64,000 nt of DNA from Pseudomonadota bacterium (GTDB lineage Bacteria > Pseudomonadota > Alphaproteobacteria > Sphingomonadales > Sphingomonadaceae), in NCBI GenBank assembly GCA_023389105.1, contig JAEWEY010000006.1, forward strand, positions 40,120 through 104,119. The letters run 5' to 3'. Under the pieces are notes generated by a model, which saw only the letters and a list, made by a program, of their open reading frames with translations, was not told the DNA's origin and searched no databases. Numbering within the stretch: position 1 is the stretch's first letter; the number at the start of each line of letters is the position of its first letter. Made by a program: the position numbers and the translations under genes. Below, piece after piece: positions 29,590 to 39,284 of this stretch.

Positions 29590-30546
29590 TTAGTCCGCGC
29601 GCACCCGCTCGTAAACTTCGAGGCGGTCGACGCCGAGCCGCTGCTCGTCGACCAGTTCCCAGCGGCCGTGCGCGTCGGCGATCGCATCGAGCCCGACGTA
29701 GCCGAAGCTGGACTTGCCTTCGCCGACGATGATCGGCGCGCGATAGATGAGGATGCGATCGACCAGATCCTCGCCAAGGAAGGCCGTTGCAGTGCCGGAC
29801 CCGCCCTCGACCAGCAGGTCGTTGACGTCATGAAGTCCGAAGATATCTCGCGGATTTCTGAGGATTTCCCAGTCTGCGACCGGTTCGCCGCGGGTCAGCA
29901 ACGCGCGTCGCGGCGACGCCTGCTCCAGGCCCGGGAGGCGGACGTCGAGCTGCGGGCGATCGGCGAGGTAGGTGCCGCGACCGACGAGGATCATGTCGCT
30001 GTGCGCGCGTTCGAGATGAACGTGGCGGCGCGCGTCCTCGCCGGTGATCCACTTCGATTCGCCCGAGGGGAGCGCGATCTTCCCGTCGATCGACAGGGCA
30101 AGTTTCAGGGTGACGCGGGGGCGGCCGGTCTGCAGGCGTGTCAGCCAGCCCGAGACAGCTTGCTTCGCGGCCTCGCGGCCGACTCCGAGCGTTACCTCGA
30201 TGCCCGCGCGGCGAAGTCGCTGGATGCCCTTGCCGCCGGTGCGTTTGTCGGGGTCCTTGAGGGCGATGACCACCCGTTCGGGTCGTGCGGCCAGGAGAAG
30301 ATCGGTGCAGGCGGGACCGCGCTCGCTCTGGTGGGCGCAGGGTTCGAGCGTCGTGTAAACCGTGGCGCCGCGCGCGCGCTTGCCGGCGCCTTCCAGCGCA
30401 ATTGCCTCGGCGTGCGGGCGTCCACCGCGAGCGGTTGCGCCTTTGCCGACGGCGCGGCCAGTCGTGGAAACGATGACACAGCCGACGTTAGGATTGGGGG
30501 CGCTCTGACCGCGCGCCTGCTCGGCGAGACGGAGAGCTTCCTCCAT
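29590..30546 (-). CDS. ribD: bifunctional diaminohydroxyphosphoribosylaminopyrimidine deaminase / 5-amino-6-(5-phosphoribosylamino)uracil reductase
   Basis: Start taken at MEEALRLAEQARG, an internal ATG of the track ORF. Deaminase motif HAE...LEPCAH...PAC, with a reductase C-terminal half. Confidence 0.9.
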   Translation of the reverse strand: MEEALRLAEQARGQSAPNPNVGCVIVSTTGRAVGKGATARGGRPHAEAIALEGAGKRARGATVYTTLEPCAHQSERGPACTDLLLAARPERVVIALKDPDKRTGGKGIQRLRRAGIEVTLGVGREAAKQAVSGWLTRLQTGRPRVTLKLALSIDGKIALPSGESKWITGEDARRHVHLERAHSDMILVGRGTYLADRPQLDVRLPGLEQASPRRALLTRGEPVADWEILRNPRDIFGLHDVNDLLVEGGSGTATAFLGEDLVDRILIYRAPIIVGEGKSSFGYVGLDAIADAHGRWELVDEQRLGVDRLEVYERVRAD

Positions 30547-30559
30547 CCACCGACGGTCC

Positions 30560-30883
30560 TCAGTCCATGCCAAGGCGTTTTTCAAGCTTCTGGAATTCGC
30601 GCTTTTTATACTCTTCGAACTTTTGCCGCTCGACCATGTCCTTTTTCTGCTGCGCGATGATGTCCGCGTCAGTGCGGTTCGGCTTGTACAGCTCAACGTA
30701 GGTGATTGTCGGCGGAGGCGCGGTGCCCATCTTCGCATCGACGATGAATTCGATGACGATGATCGTGGTCACGAGGACGGCCAGCGAAGCGCCGATTACC
30801 TGCTCACGGCTGCGCTGACGCATGAAGGCGACAAGGTCGCCAAGCGCCGCGCGGGGGCTGGAAGGCCGGGGAAACCAGGACAT
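30560..30883 (-). CDS. hypothetical single-pass membrane protein
   Basis: Internal ATG MSWFPRPSS. One TM helix (IGASLAVLVTTIIVIEFIV) and a Lys/Glu-rich tail. Located between tonB and ribD. Confidence 0.5.
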   Translation of the reverse strand: MSWFPRPSSPRAALGDLVAFMRQRSREQVIGASLAVLVTTIIVIEFIVDAKMGTAPPPTITYVELYKPNRTDADIIAQQKKDMVERQKFEEYKKREFQKLEKRLGMD

Positions 30884-30942
30884 GAGATGAAGATAGGGCT
30901 GGCGGAGGGGAACCGCCAGCCCGCTTGCCCGGCGGCCGGAGG

Positions 30943-31617
30943 CTAGCCGTCGAGCTGAAACCGCAGGGTGATGTTCAGCGTGGTGGCGACAGGCTGGTCG
31001 TCCACCGTCGCCGGGGCATAGCGCCAATGGGCGATGAGGTGCCGGCGGGCCGCGGCGACAAAGACCGGGTCAGCGCGTCCGATGGGTTCGACGCCGACGA
31101 CCCGCCCGTTCCGGTCGATCGTCAACCTCAGGTTGAGCGTCGCCTCTTCCTCAGCAGCAAGCTTGGCGGCCGGATAGGGCGGCTTCAGATCCGACGAGGG
31201 CGTGATGAGGCGAGGATCGTGGCGGACTGGCGGCAGCTTGATCGGCTCGCCAATGATTGGCCCCGCCCCGGTGCCGCCCACGTCACCGCCGCCGGTCATC
31301 GTGCCTCCTCCGGTATCGGTCGGGCCTTGGTCGAGCGCCGGATCGCGGGGAATCGGCAGCGGCGGGAGTGGCGGCGTTGGCGTCGGCACTGGCGCGGGCG
31401 CATGGTGTGTCTGCGGTTGCGGAATTGGGTCCGGATCGGTCGGCAGCGGGACGTTGACGATCTCGATCGGCTTCTCGCGAATGCGGATCGGCATATCCAT
31501 CTTCATGCTCATCACCACCGCGGCAACCGCGACGTGGGCACTGATGATGAACAGCAGAGCATTGGGGCTGGATTGGCGATTCCCCGCGGTCGGGCGGCTT
31601 GATGCGTAGGCCAACAT
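30943..31617 (-). CDS. tonB: energy transducer TonB family protein
   Basis: N-terminal anchor, a Pro-rich spacer (PLPTDPDPIPQPQTHHAPAPVPTPTPPLPPLPIP), and a TonB-C pattern PPYPAAKLAAEEEATLNLRLTIDRNGRVVGVEP. Confidence 0.8.
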   Translation of the reverse strand: MLAYASSRPTAGNRQSSPNALLFIISAHVAVAAVVMSMKMDMPIRIREKPIEIVNVPLPTDPDPIPQPQTHHAPAPVPTPTPPLPPLPIPRDPALDQGPTDTGGGTMTGGGDVGGTGAGPIIGEPIKLPPVRHDPRLITPSSDLKPPYPAAKLAAEEEATLNLRLTIDRNGRVVGVEPIGRADPVFVAAARRHLIAHWRYAPATVDDQPVATTLNITLRFQLDG

Positions 31618-31653
31618 TCTGAACCTCCTCTCTCCAAAAGGCTCGATAGTTGA

Positions 31654-31670
31654 ATGTTACATCATAACAT
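31654..31670. promoter_or_regulatory. AT-rich imperfect dyad ATGTTA-N5-TAACAT upstream of tonB
   Basis: 6-bp arms, 37-53 nt upstream of the tonB ATG. It is not a good match to the Fur consensus. Confidence 0.2.
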
Positions 31671-31715
31671 AACTCGGGCAAGCGGAAATTGTTGCGGACG
31701 GAATGAACGGAGTTT

Positions 31716-33035
31716 TTAGCGGCGTGCGGCGGCTTCGAGACGGGCGATGGCGCGATCTCGGCCGATACGTTTGAGGAGGCCGGCCATCTCCGGCCCGCTC
31801 TCCTTGCCAGTCAGGGCGAGCCGCAGCGGGTGGAAGAGATCGCGGCCTTTCCGACCGGTATTCTCCTTGAGCTCAGCCGTCAGCAGTTTCCATGGCTCCG
31901 CGTCCCAATCGAGCTTCTCTGCGACGCCTGCCGCATCCTTCGCGAACAGCCGTTCTTCGTGGCTGAGCGCCGGTGGCTCGATGTCGCCATCAACGATGGC
32001 ATACCAGCCGGCGAAGTCGGAAACGCGCTCCAGGTTTGGCCGCAGGAGCAGCCAGTCCTGCTCGGTAGCGCCGGAGGGGAGGCGGTCGGCGACGGCCGCA
32101 AAGTCGAGCTTGTGCAGCAGGCGGGCGTTGACGAGCTCGACCTCGTGCGAATCGAAGTGCGCCGGGGCACGGCCGAAGGTGGCGAAGTCGAAGCCGGCGG
32201 CGAGCTCGGCCAGCGTAGTGACGGACTCGACCGGTTGCGACGTGCCGATCCGCGCCAGCGCCGACAGCATGGCCATCGGCTCGACGCCCTCAGCGCGCAG
32301 ATGCTCGGCGCCGTACGAACCAAGGCGTTTCGAGAGCTTTCCCTCGGCGGCGACCAGCAATGCCTCGTGCGCGAACTGCGGCGGCTGCGCGCCGAGCGCT
32401 TCGAACATCTGGATTTGCGCGGCGCTGTTGGAAACGTGGTCTTCGCCGCGCACGACATGGGTGATGCCGAGGTGGACGTCGTCGATGACGCTGGGCAGCA
32501 GGTAGAGCCAGCTGCCATCCTCACGGCGGACAACCGGATCGCTGAGCAGCTTGGGGTCGAACCGCTGCTCGCCGCGAATCAGGTCGTCCCAGACGATCGG
32601 CGCGTCGTGGTCGAGCCGGAAGCGCCAATGCGGCGCGCGGCCTTCGGGCACCGGCGCATCGTCGGGCTTGCGCTCGTAGACCGGCGGGAGGCCGCGGCCG
32701 AGCAGCACCTTGCGGCGGAGGTCGAGCTCTTCGGGCGTTTCGTAACAGGCGTAGACGCGGCCGGCCGTCTTCAGGCGGTCGAACTCGCGCTCGTAGAGGT
32801 CGAACCGCTCCGACTGGCGCACGACCTTGTCGGGATGGAGGCCCATCCAGGCGAGGTCGTCGCGGATGGCCTGGTCGAATTCGGCCGTCGACCGCTCGCG
32901 ATCGGTATCGTCGATGCGCAGGATGAACGTCCCGCCATGCTTCCGCGCGAACAGGAAGTTGTGCAGCGCGGTGCGGATGTTGCCGACATGAAGGCGGCCG
33001 GTCGGCGAGGGGGCGAAACGGGTGACGACGGTCAT
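31716..33035 (-). CDS. gltX: glutamate--tRNA ligase (short form)
   Basis: The class I HIGH region reads PSPTGRLHVGNIRTAL. The KMSKS equivalent reads GKLSKRLG. Confidence 0.93.
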   Translation of the reverse strand: MTVVTRFAPSPTGRLHVGNIRTALHNFLFARKHGGTFILRIDDTDRERSTAEFDQAIRDDLAWMGLHPDKVVRQSERFDLYEREFDRLKTAGRVYACYETPEELDLRRKVLLGRGLPPVYERKPDDAPVPEGRAPHWRFRLDHDAPIVWDDLIRGEQRFDPKLLSDPVVRREDGSWLYLLPSVIDDVHLGITHVVRGEDHVSNSAAQIQMFEALGAQPPQFAHEALLVAAEGKLSKRLGSYGAEHLRAEGVEPMAMLSALARIGTSQPVESVTTLAELAAGFDFATFGRAPAHFDSHEVELVNARLLHKLDFAAVADRLPSGATEQDWLLLRPNLERVSDFAGWYAIVDGDIEPPALSHEERLFAKDAAGVAEKLDWDAEPWKLLTAELKENTGRKGRDLFHPLRLALTGKESGPEMAGLLKRIGRDRAIARLEAAARR

Positions 33036-33078
33036 GCGAGGCGACCTAGTCGCTCATGGCGCAATGAACCAGCATCCG

Positions 33079-33783
33079 TTAGCCCTGCCCGGAATATCCT
33101 CGCCCGGTGCGCCACATTTCCTCGCAACTCGTAACGGGATGCAGCTGGGCATGGGGGCTAACGCGAATGCCGAGAAGGCGCGTCAGGTCTTGGATGAAGT
33201 CTGCGTTTTTTTGCAGGGTGGCGAGATAACCTTGAATCTTCACCGCGGCTTCTCGTGCGGCCGAGCGATCTTGGGCGCTGATGGGCCCGTTCTCTGGATT
33301 CAAGCGCTGAAAATCGTACCACTGCCCCTCAAGCGCGCGACCGGCAGTCTCCGTCGACTGCAAATTGAATTCAACGCTTCCGATCCAGCCTCTTTCCTTT
33401 GATCCGTAACGGGCCCGCAGAAGCCGGTAATCCTCCGGCGATATCTCGTCCGGGCCCATGAGCAGGATCGGCGCAAAGCTGAGCAAGCGGGGATCGACGG
33501 GCTTTGCCGATGCGGCGGCGGCCATGATCTGCTGGACGCGCTGCCGATAACAGGGGATCGCGGCGTCATAGGTGTTCGCGAAATTGCGGTAGATCGCGAA
33601 AGACTCGACGAGATCGCCGTGCAGGCCTTCGACTTCCTGCATCTGATTGCGATTGCTGGCCCAGTTCGACACCTGCTGCGCCGCGAGCACGCCGATCATC
33701 ACCACGGTGAGTTCGAAGACGAACAGCCGCGCCGTGACCTTACCTCGGCCGCTTTGCCACCATTGCCGAACCGCGCGGAACAT
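33079..33783 (-). CDS. hypothetical N-terminally anchored protein, tandem paralog A
   Basis: The first 41 residues, MFRAVRQWWQSGRGKVTARLFVFELTVVMIGVLAAQQVSNW, match paralog B at 29 of 41 positions. Cys positions are conserved (PC... and C.E.W.TGR). Confidence 0.6.
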   Translation of the reverse strand: MFRAVRQWWQSGRGKVTARLFVFELTVVMIGVLAAQQVSNWASNRNQMQEVEGLHGDLVESFAIYRNFANTYDAAIPCYRQRVQQIMAAAASAKPVDPRLLSFAPILLMGPDEISPEDYRLLRARYGSKERGWIGSVEFNLQSTETAGRALEGQWYDFQRLNPENGPISAQDRSAAREAAVKIQGYLATLQKNADFIQDLTRLLGIRVSPHAQLHPVTSCEEMWRTGRGYSGQG

Positions 33784-33811
33784 GGCCCCTCCACCGGTGA
33801 TTGGGCCTAAC

Positions 33812-34540
33812 TTAGCGATTATTTGCCGGCGCGTCCCGCCAGATGCGTCCGGTCTGCCAGATCTCGTTGCAGCCGCCCACGGGTCCCGCCGACCCGAAGT
33901 CCGCGCCGGAAGTGATCGGAGCGATGCCGAGACGGGCGGCCGTCGCCTCGACCATTGCTGCCGCGGCCCGGATCTGGTCGAGTTGCGAACGGACTTGCAC
34001 CGCGACGTCGCGCACGGTCGCTCGATCGGTCGCCGAGGTGGCGCCGAGCGAGGGATCGAGCAGCGCGAACCGGTCCCAGCCGCGCCGGACGGCGCGGTAT
34101 GAGTCGACGAGTCCGCCGGTCCCGGTGATCACGACCGCATAATTGTCGACGCGTTCGTTGCCGAAGCGGTCGTGAAACTCGCGATTCATGTCGGGCGAGA
34201 AAGGCTCCACGGTGTAACCGATGAATTGCGGAACCCGGAGTTCGTTCGAGGCTACGGAATCAGCGGCCGCGGCGTGGCGGGCGATGCTTTCGACACGGGC
34301 GACGAGACAGGGGGTTGCGGCCGACCAGATCCGCGCGACCTGCCGCGCTCTGCCGATCTCATAGCGAACGCGCTGATCCTCTTCCCCGATCGCGCGCTGT
34401 TCGGCCCGCTCCGAAACCCAATTGGCGAGACCCTGGGCGGTGAGCACGCCGGCTACGACCACCAGGAATTCGAATGCGAACAGACGCGCCGTGACCTTGC
34501 CGCGGCCGCTGCCCCACCAATGACGCACCGCGTGGAACAT
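33812..34540 (-). CDS. hypothetical N-terminally anchored protein, tandem paralog B
   Basis: Begins MFHAVRHWWGSGRGKVTARLFAFEFLVVVAGVLTAQGLANW. Same architecture and conserved Cys pair as paralog A. Confidence 0.6.
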   Translation of the reverse strand: MFHAVRHWWGSGRGKVTARLFAFEFLVVVAGVLTAQGLANWVSERAEQRAIGEEDQRVRYEIGRARQVARIWSAATPCLVARVESIARHAAAADSVASNELRVPQFIGYTVEPFSPDMNREFHDRFGNERVDNYAVVITGTGGLVDSYRAVRRGWDRFALLDPSLGATSATDRATVRDVAVQVRSQLDQIRAAAAMVEATAARLGIAPITSGADFGSAGPVGGCNEIWQTGRIWRDAPANNR

Positions 34541-34576
34541 GCCCCCTCCACCCTGCTTGCGGGCGGAGAATAGAGC

Positions 34577-36220
34577 TTATTTGCCGGTGTGGAAGGCGTT
34601 GGTGATCGGGTAGCGGCGGTCGCGGCCGAAGTTGCGGGTGCCGATCTTGACGCCGGGCGGGGCCTGGCGGCGCTTGTATTCGGCGCGCAGGACCTTGCGC
34701 TCGATGTCGGCGACCAGCGTCTCGTCTTCGCCTGTGAGCGCGGCAACTTCGCGGACGGACAATTCCTTGTCGACCAGAGCCTCTAGCATCCGGTCGAGCG
34801 CGGAATAGGGCGGTAGGCTGTCTTCGTCCTTTTGGCCGGGGCTGAGCTCCGCGGTCGGCGGCTTGGTGATGACACGCGCCGGCATCACGGGGCCATCCGG
34901 CCCGAGCGCATGATCTGGCTTGTGCGCATTGCGCCAGCGGGACAGCGCGAAGACGGTGGTCTTGTAGGCGTCCTTGAGCACCGAATAGCCTCCGGCCATG
35001 TCGCCATAGAGCGTAGCATAGCCGACGCTCATCTCGCTCTTGTTGCCGGTGGTCAGCAGCATCTGTCCGCCCGAGTTGGACAGCGCCATCAGTGCGACCA
35101 TGCGCAGCCGCGCCTGCACGTTCTCGGCGGCGAGCTTGCTCATATCCGGCAGCATCTCGCCGACGGCGGCCACAGCCGGCGCGATGGTGACGACGTCATG
35201 ACGGCAGCCGAGCAGCCGCGCGCACTCGCGGGCGTCCTCCAGGCTCTCTTCACTGGTGTATTTGGACGGGAGCATAACGCCCCACACCTTGTCGGGACCG
35301 AGCGCATCGACGGCCACGGCGGCGGAGAGCGCGCTGTCGATTCCGCCGGACAGGCCCAGAATCACGCCGGGGAAGTTGTTGCGCTGCACGTAATCGCGGA
35401 GGCCCACCATCATCGCCTGGTAGACGTCCTGCGGAAAGGCATCGAGCTGGTGCGTTTGGCGGGTGGTGCAGCGCCAGCCTTCGAGCGTTCGCTGCCAGTC
35501 CGTGATCACCAGCGCCTCGTTCCAGTCGCAGAGCTGCACCGGCCGCTCGCCATCGGGGTGGATGACGAAGGAAGAGCCGTCGAACACCAGCTCGTCCTGA
35601 CCGCCGACGCGGTTGACGTAGATGATTGGCAGTCCGGTTTGGAGCGCACGCGAGCGAACCAGGCGGTAGCGGATGTCGTCCTTGTCGAGTTCGTACGGGC
35701 TGCCGTTGGGGACCAGCAGCATCTCGGCGCCGGCTTCCATCAAGTGCGCGCAGACGACTTCCTGCCAAATGTCCTCGCAGATCGGGACGCCAAGCTTCAC
35801 GCCCTTGAAGGTGATCGGCTCCGGCAGCAGGCCCGGCGTAAAGACGCGCTTCTCGTCGAAGGTGCCGTAGTTGGGGAGCTCGCGCTTCAGGGTGCGGGCG
35901 AGTACCTTACCGCCATCGGCGAGGATGACCGCGTTATAAACCGCGGAGCCCTCGGCGATTACCGTGCCGATCAGGATCGCTGGACCGGGTTCGACGGTCG
36001 CGGCGACCAGTGCGTCGGTGCACTCATGGGCGCGGCGGACGAATTCGGGCTTCAGGATCAAATCTTCGGGCGGATATCCGGTCACCTGAAGCTCAGGGCA
36101 GAGCAGCAGGTCGGCGCCCTTGGCGCGCCGTCGCATCTCCAGCATCGCGGCCGCGTTCGCCTCGAGATCGCCGACGCGCTGGTTCATCTGGGCGAGCGCG
36201 ATGGTGAGGCGATCGGTCAT
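34577..36220 (-). CDS. nadE: glutamine-dependent NAD+ synthetase
   Basis: An N-terminal nitrilase-like domain (LLLCPEL...ICEDIW) plus a C-terminal NAD synthase domain with the PP-loop GLSGGIDS. Confidence 0.93.
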   Translation of the reverse strand: MTDRLTIALAQMNQRVGDLEANAAAMLEMRRRAKGADLLLCPELQVTGYPPEDLILKPEFVRRAHECTDALVAATVEPGPAILIGTVIAEGSAVYNAVILADGGKVLARTLKRELPNYGTFDEKRVFTPGLLPEPITFKGVKLGVPICEDIWQEVVCAHLMEAGAEMLLVPNGSPYELDKDDIRYRLVRSRALQTGLPIIYVNRVGGQDELVFDGSSFVIHPDGERPVQLCDWNEALVITDWQRTLEGWRCTTRQTHQLDAFPQDVYQAMMVGLRDYVQRNNFPGVILGLSGGIDSALSAAVAVDALGPDKVWGVMLPSKYTSEESLEDARECARLLGCRHDVVTIAPAVAAVGEMLPDMSKLAAENVQARLRMVALMALSNSGGQMLLTTGNKSEMSVGYATLYGDMAGGYSVLKDAYKTTVFALSRWRNAHKPDHALGPDGPVMPARVITKPPTAELSPGQKDEDSLPPYSALDRMLEALVDKELSVREVAALTGEDETLVADIERKVLRAEYKRRQAPPGVKIGTRNFGRDRRYPITNAFHTGK

Positions 36221-36314
36221 GCCTGCGATTTAGCGAGCCGGGAGGCTTCCACAACCTTTACGGACCGCGCGAGCGCCCGCTAAAGCCGGAACAGCCGCAA
36301 GGGGACAGCCGACC

Positions 36315-37250
36315 ATGAAATTGCTCGCCGGGAACAGCAACCTGCCGCTGGCCCGTTCCATTTGCGATTATCTCGAGATTTCGCTGACCGATGCGAGCGT
36401 CCGCCGCTTTGCGGACGAGGAAGTCTTCGTCGAGGTCAACGAGAACGTCCGCGGCGAGGACGTATTTGTCATCCAGTCGACCAGCTATCCGGCGAACGAC
36501 AATCTGATGGAGCTGCTGATCTGCATCGACGCGCTGCGCCGCGCGTCGGCCAAGCGGATTACGGCGGTACTACCCTACTTCGGCTATGCGCGGCAGGACC
36601 GGAAGCCGGGGCCGCGTACGCCAATTTCGGCCAAGCTGGTGGCGAACCTGATCACCACCGCAGGAGCAAACCGCGTCCTGTCGATCGACCTGCATGCGGG
36701 GCAGATCCAAGGCTTCTTCGACATCCCCACGGATAACCTGTTCGCGTCGCCGGTGATTGCGACCGACATCACGGCGCGGCTTGGCAATCGCGAACTGATC
36801 GTGGTGTCACCGGACGTCGGAGGCGTGGTCCGTGCGCGCGGGCTCGCGAAGCGGCTGAACAACGCGCCGCTGGCGATCGTCGACAAGCGCCGCGAACGCG
36901 CGGGCGAGTCCGAAGTGATGAACATCATCGGCGACGTGCAGGGCCGAACCTGCGTGCTGATCGATGACATCGTCGATAGCGCGGGGACCTTGTGCAATGC
37001 GGCTGCGGCGCTGAAGCAGCAGGGCGCGACCGAAGTCTTCGCTTATTGCACGCACGGCGTGCTGTCCGGCGGCGCGGCGACGCGGGTCGCCAAGTCGGAG
37101 CTGAGCGAGTTGGTGGTGACCGATTCGATATACACCGGCGAGCCCGACCCCGTGGACTGCAAGATCCGCCGGCTGACCATCGCGCCGCTGCTGGCCGAGG
37201 CGATCCGCCGCATCGCCGATGAAAGTTCGGTGTCGAGCCTGTTCGACTAG
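36315..37250 (+). CDS. prs: ribose-phosphate pyrophosphokinase
   Basis: [13 protein letters not shown]...[10 protein letters not shown]...the PRPP loop [12 protein letters not shown]. Confidence 0.96.
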   Translation: MKLLAGNSNLPLARSICDYLEISLTDASVRRFADEEVFVEVNENVRGEDVFVIQSTSYPANDNLMELLICIDALRRASAKRITAVLPYFGYARQDRKPGPRTPISAKLVANLITTAGANRVLSIDLHAGQIQGFFDIPTDNLFASPVIATDITARLGNRELIVVSPDVGGVVRARGLAKRLNNAPLAIVDKRRERAGESEVMNIIGDVQGRTCVLIDDIVDSAGTLCNAAAALKQQGATEVFAYCTHGVLSGGAATRVAKSELSELVVTDSIYTGEPDPVDCKIRRLTIAPLLAEAIRRIADESSVSSLFD

Positions 37251-37281
37251 GAACTTCGCCGCCCCGCTGCGTTGAAGCGGC

Positions 37282-37941
37282 ATGCCCAAAGTCCTGATCA
37301 CCGGCGCGAACCGCGGCCTCGGCCTGGAATTCGCCAAGCAATATGCCCTCGACGGCTGGGAGGTCGTCGCCACCGCTCGCGAATCGAGCGACGAGCTGGA
37401 TGCACTCGGCGTCCGGGTCGAGCGTCTCGACATGCGCGATCTCGATGCGGTGGCGGGGTTCGGGGCGCGGCTCGACGCGATCGACCTGCTCATCGCCAAT
37501 GCCGGCACCTATGGGCCGAAAGAGGCCGACACTGCCGAGGATGCCGAAGCATGGCTGGAAACCATGCGCGTGAACACGGTTGCTCCGTACCTGCTTGCCC
37601 GGTCGGTGTTGCCATTGGTCGAGGCCTCGCGTGGAAAGCTGGTCGCGATCAGCACGCGGATGGGTTCGATCGAGGACAATAGCTCGGGCGGGTTCCTGGC
37701 CTATCGCTCTTCGAAGACCGCACTGAACATGGCTTGGCGAAACCTCGCGATCGATGTGAAACGGCGCGGCGTCATCGCGGTCATGTTCCATCCTGGCTGG
37801 GTGAAGACGCGCATGGGCGGCGCGGGCGCTCCGCTGCAGCCCGAGGAAAGCATCAGCGGCATGCGGCGGGTGATCGACGAGTTGCAGCCGAGCGACAGCG
37901 GCGAATTCTTCGGCCACGACGGCGATCCCATCCCCTGGTAG
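37282..37941 (+). CDS. SDR family oxidoreductase (C-factor-like)
   Basis: TGANRGLG cofactor motif, a NAG motif, and the catalytic YRSSK. Confidence 0.85.
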   Translation: MPKVLITGANRGLGLEFAKQYALDGWEVVATARESSDELDALGVRVERLDMRDLDAVAGFGARLDAIDLLIANAGTYGPKEADTAEDAEAWLETMRVNTVAPYLLARSVLPLVEASRGKLVAISTRMGSIEDNSSGGFLAYRSSKTALNMAWRNLAIDVKRRGVIAVMFHPGWVKTRMGGAGAPLQPEESISGMRRVIDELQPSDSGEFFGHDGDPIPW

Positions 37942-38071
37942 GTTGCCAGCGAGCGCACTCCACTCTATAGGCGCGCGCTTTCCAGATCGTTGGAAAACCA
38001 ATGGCCCGGCCAACAGGCATGCCGTGGCGATTGGATAACGTCGCGCTCTTGAGCGCTACAAGGAGACGAAA

Positions 38072-38275
38072 ATGCCCAAGCTGAAGACCAAGAGCGGCGT
38101 CAAAAAGCGCTTCAAGCTCACGGCGACCGGCAAGATCAAGTGCGGCGTGGCCGGCAAGCGCCACCGCCTGATCAGCCATAACGCTAAGTATATCCGCCAG
38201 AACCGTGGCACCGAACTTCTCGCCGACGCCGATGTGGCGCGCGTGAAGGGCTGGGCCCCGTACGGCCTGAAGTAA
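38072..38275 (+). CDS. rpmI: 50S ribosomal protein L35
   Basis: [23 protein letters not shown]...HRLISHN, preceded by AAGGAG. Confidence 0.95.
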   Translation: MPKLKTKSGVKKRFKLTATGKIKCGVAGKRHRLISHNAKYIRQNRGTELLADADVARVKGWAPYGLK

Positions 38276-38288
38276 GGAGGCCCGCTAG

Positions 38289-38669
38289 ATGGCACGCGTC
38301 AAACGGGGTGTAACCACCCGCGCAAAGCACAAGCGGATCCTAGAGCAGGCCAAGGGCTATTACGGCCGCCGCAAGAACACGATCCGCATCGCCCGCCAGG
38401 CGGTCGAGAAGGCAGGCCAGTACGCCTACCGCGACCGCAAGGTGAAGAAGCGGAGCTTCCGTGCACTGTGGATCCAGCGCATCAACGCCGCGGTTCGCGC
38501 CGAGGGACTGACCTACGGCCAGTTCATCCACGCGCTGAACCTCGCCGGCATCACCCTCGACCGCAAGGTGCTCGCGGACATCGCGATGCACGAGGGCGAG
38601 GCGTTCAGCGCCATCATCGCGCAGGCGAAGAAGGCCTTGGAAGGTAAGGAAACGCAGAAGGCCGCCTGA
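38289..38669 (+). CDS. rplT: 50S ribosomal protein L20
   Basis: [30 protein letters not shown]...YRDRK. Confidence 0.96.
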   Translation: MARVKRGVTTRAKHKRILEQAKGYYGRRKNTIRIARQAVEKAGQYAYRDRKVKKRSFRALWIQRINAAVRAEGLTYGQFIHALNLAGITLDRKVLADIAMHEGEAFSAIIAQAKKALEGKETQKAA

Positions 38670-38692
38670 GGCTTTCGTAAGCGAGACAATCG

Positions 38693-38726
38693 GGGCGCCG
38701 GAAGCGATTCCGGCGCCCTTTGTTTG
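38693..38726 (+). terminator. rho-independent terminator after rplT
   Basis: 10-bp stem GGGCGCCGGA/TCCGGCGCCC, 6-nt loop, then TTTGTTTG. Confidence 0.7.
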
Positions 38727-38744
38727 AGTGTCAGGGGAGTTGCG

Positions 38745-39284
38745 ATGTTCCTGTTGTATGTTCTGGCGGCGGCAGCCGTCGCGCCGGCCAGCGATGTGTC
38801 GGTCGATGCCTTCATGGCCGCCATTCCGCCGAAGACTCCGAAGTCCGCGCAAATGGACCCGTTCGACGCCGAGCAACTCAAGGACCTCAAGACACGGAAC
38901 CCAGGGCGCGAGGCAGAGGTCGAGACGCTGTTCACCACGTCTCAGCAATGCAAGGCGGTCGCCGGTGAGAAGGTGGTTATGGATTCGCTGCGCGACAGCG
39001 CCCGGCGGCTCGGTGACGAGAAGCTCCGGCGGCTGACCGCGTTCTACAAGAGTGCGGACTTTGCCGCGTTCGACCGCATCGCGGCGAAGAAGGAAGCGGA
39101 CCAGTCTCTGACGGAGAAGCAAGAGTTCGCGCGGATCAGGGCGTCCTATCCGCTTCAAGACTACCTCGACAGCACCAATCAGACTGCCAGCGAGATGATG
39201 AGCAATGGCGCGTTTTTCTCGGCTCTAGAGGCCTGCGACAAGCAACTCGATGAAGAGCTCACCAAGCGGAAGCTGAAACACTAG
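38745..39284 (+). CDS. hypothetical secreted protein
   Basis: Start at MFLLYVLAAAAVAPASD (signal peptide) with AGGGGAG about 6 nt upstream. The mature part is helical and Lys/Glu-rich with two Cys residues. Confidence 0.5.
   Translation: MFLLYVLAAAAVAPASDVSVDAFMAAIPPKTPKSAQMDPFDAEQLKDLKTRNPGREAEVETLFTTSQQCKAVAGEKVVMDSLRDSARRLGDEKLRRLTAFYKSADFAAFDRIAAKKEADQSLTEKQEFARIRASYPLQDYLDSTNQTASEMMSNGAFFSALEACDKQLDEELTKRKLKH

Noticed and set aside
28920-30900. An FMN (RFN) riboswitch for the rib operon.
   Set aside because: The spacers upstream of ribD (13 nt) and ribB (52 nt) are too short. Neither shows the conserved RFN core. None was recognisable elsewhere in the window.
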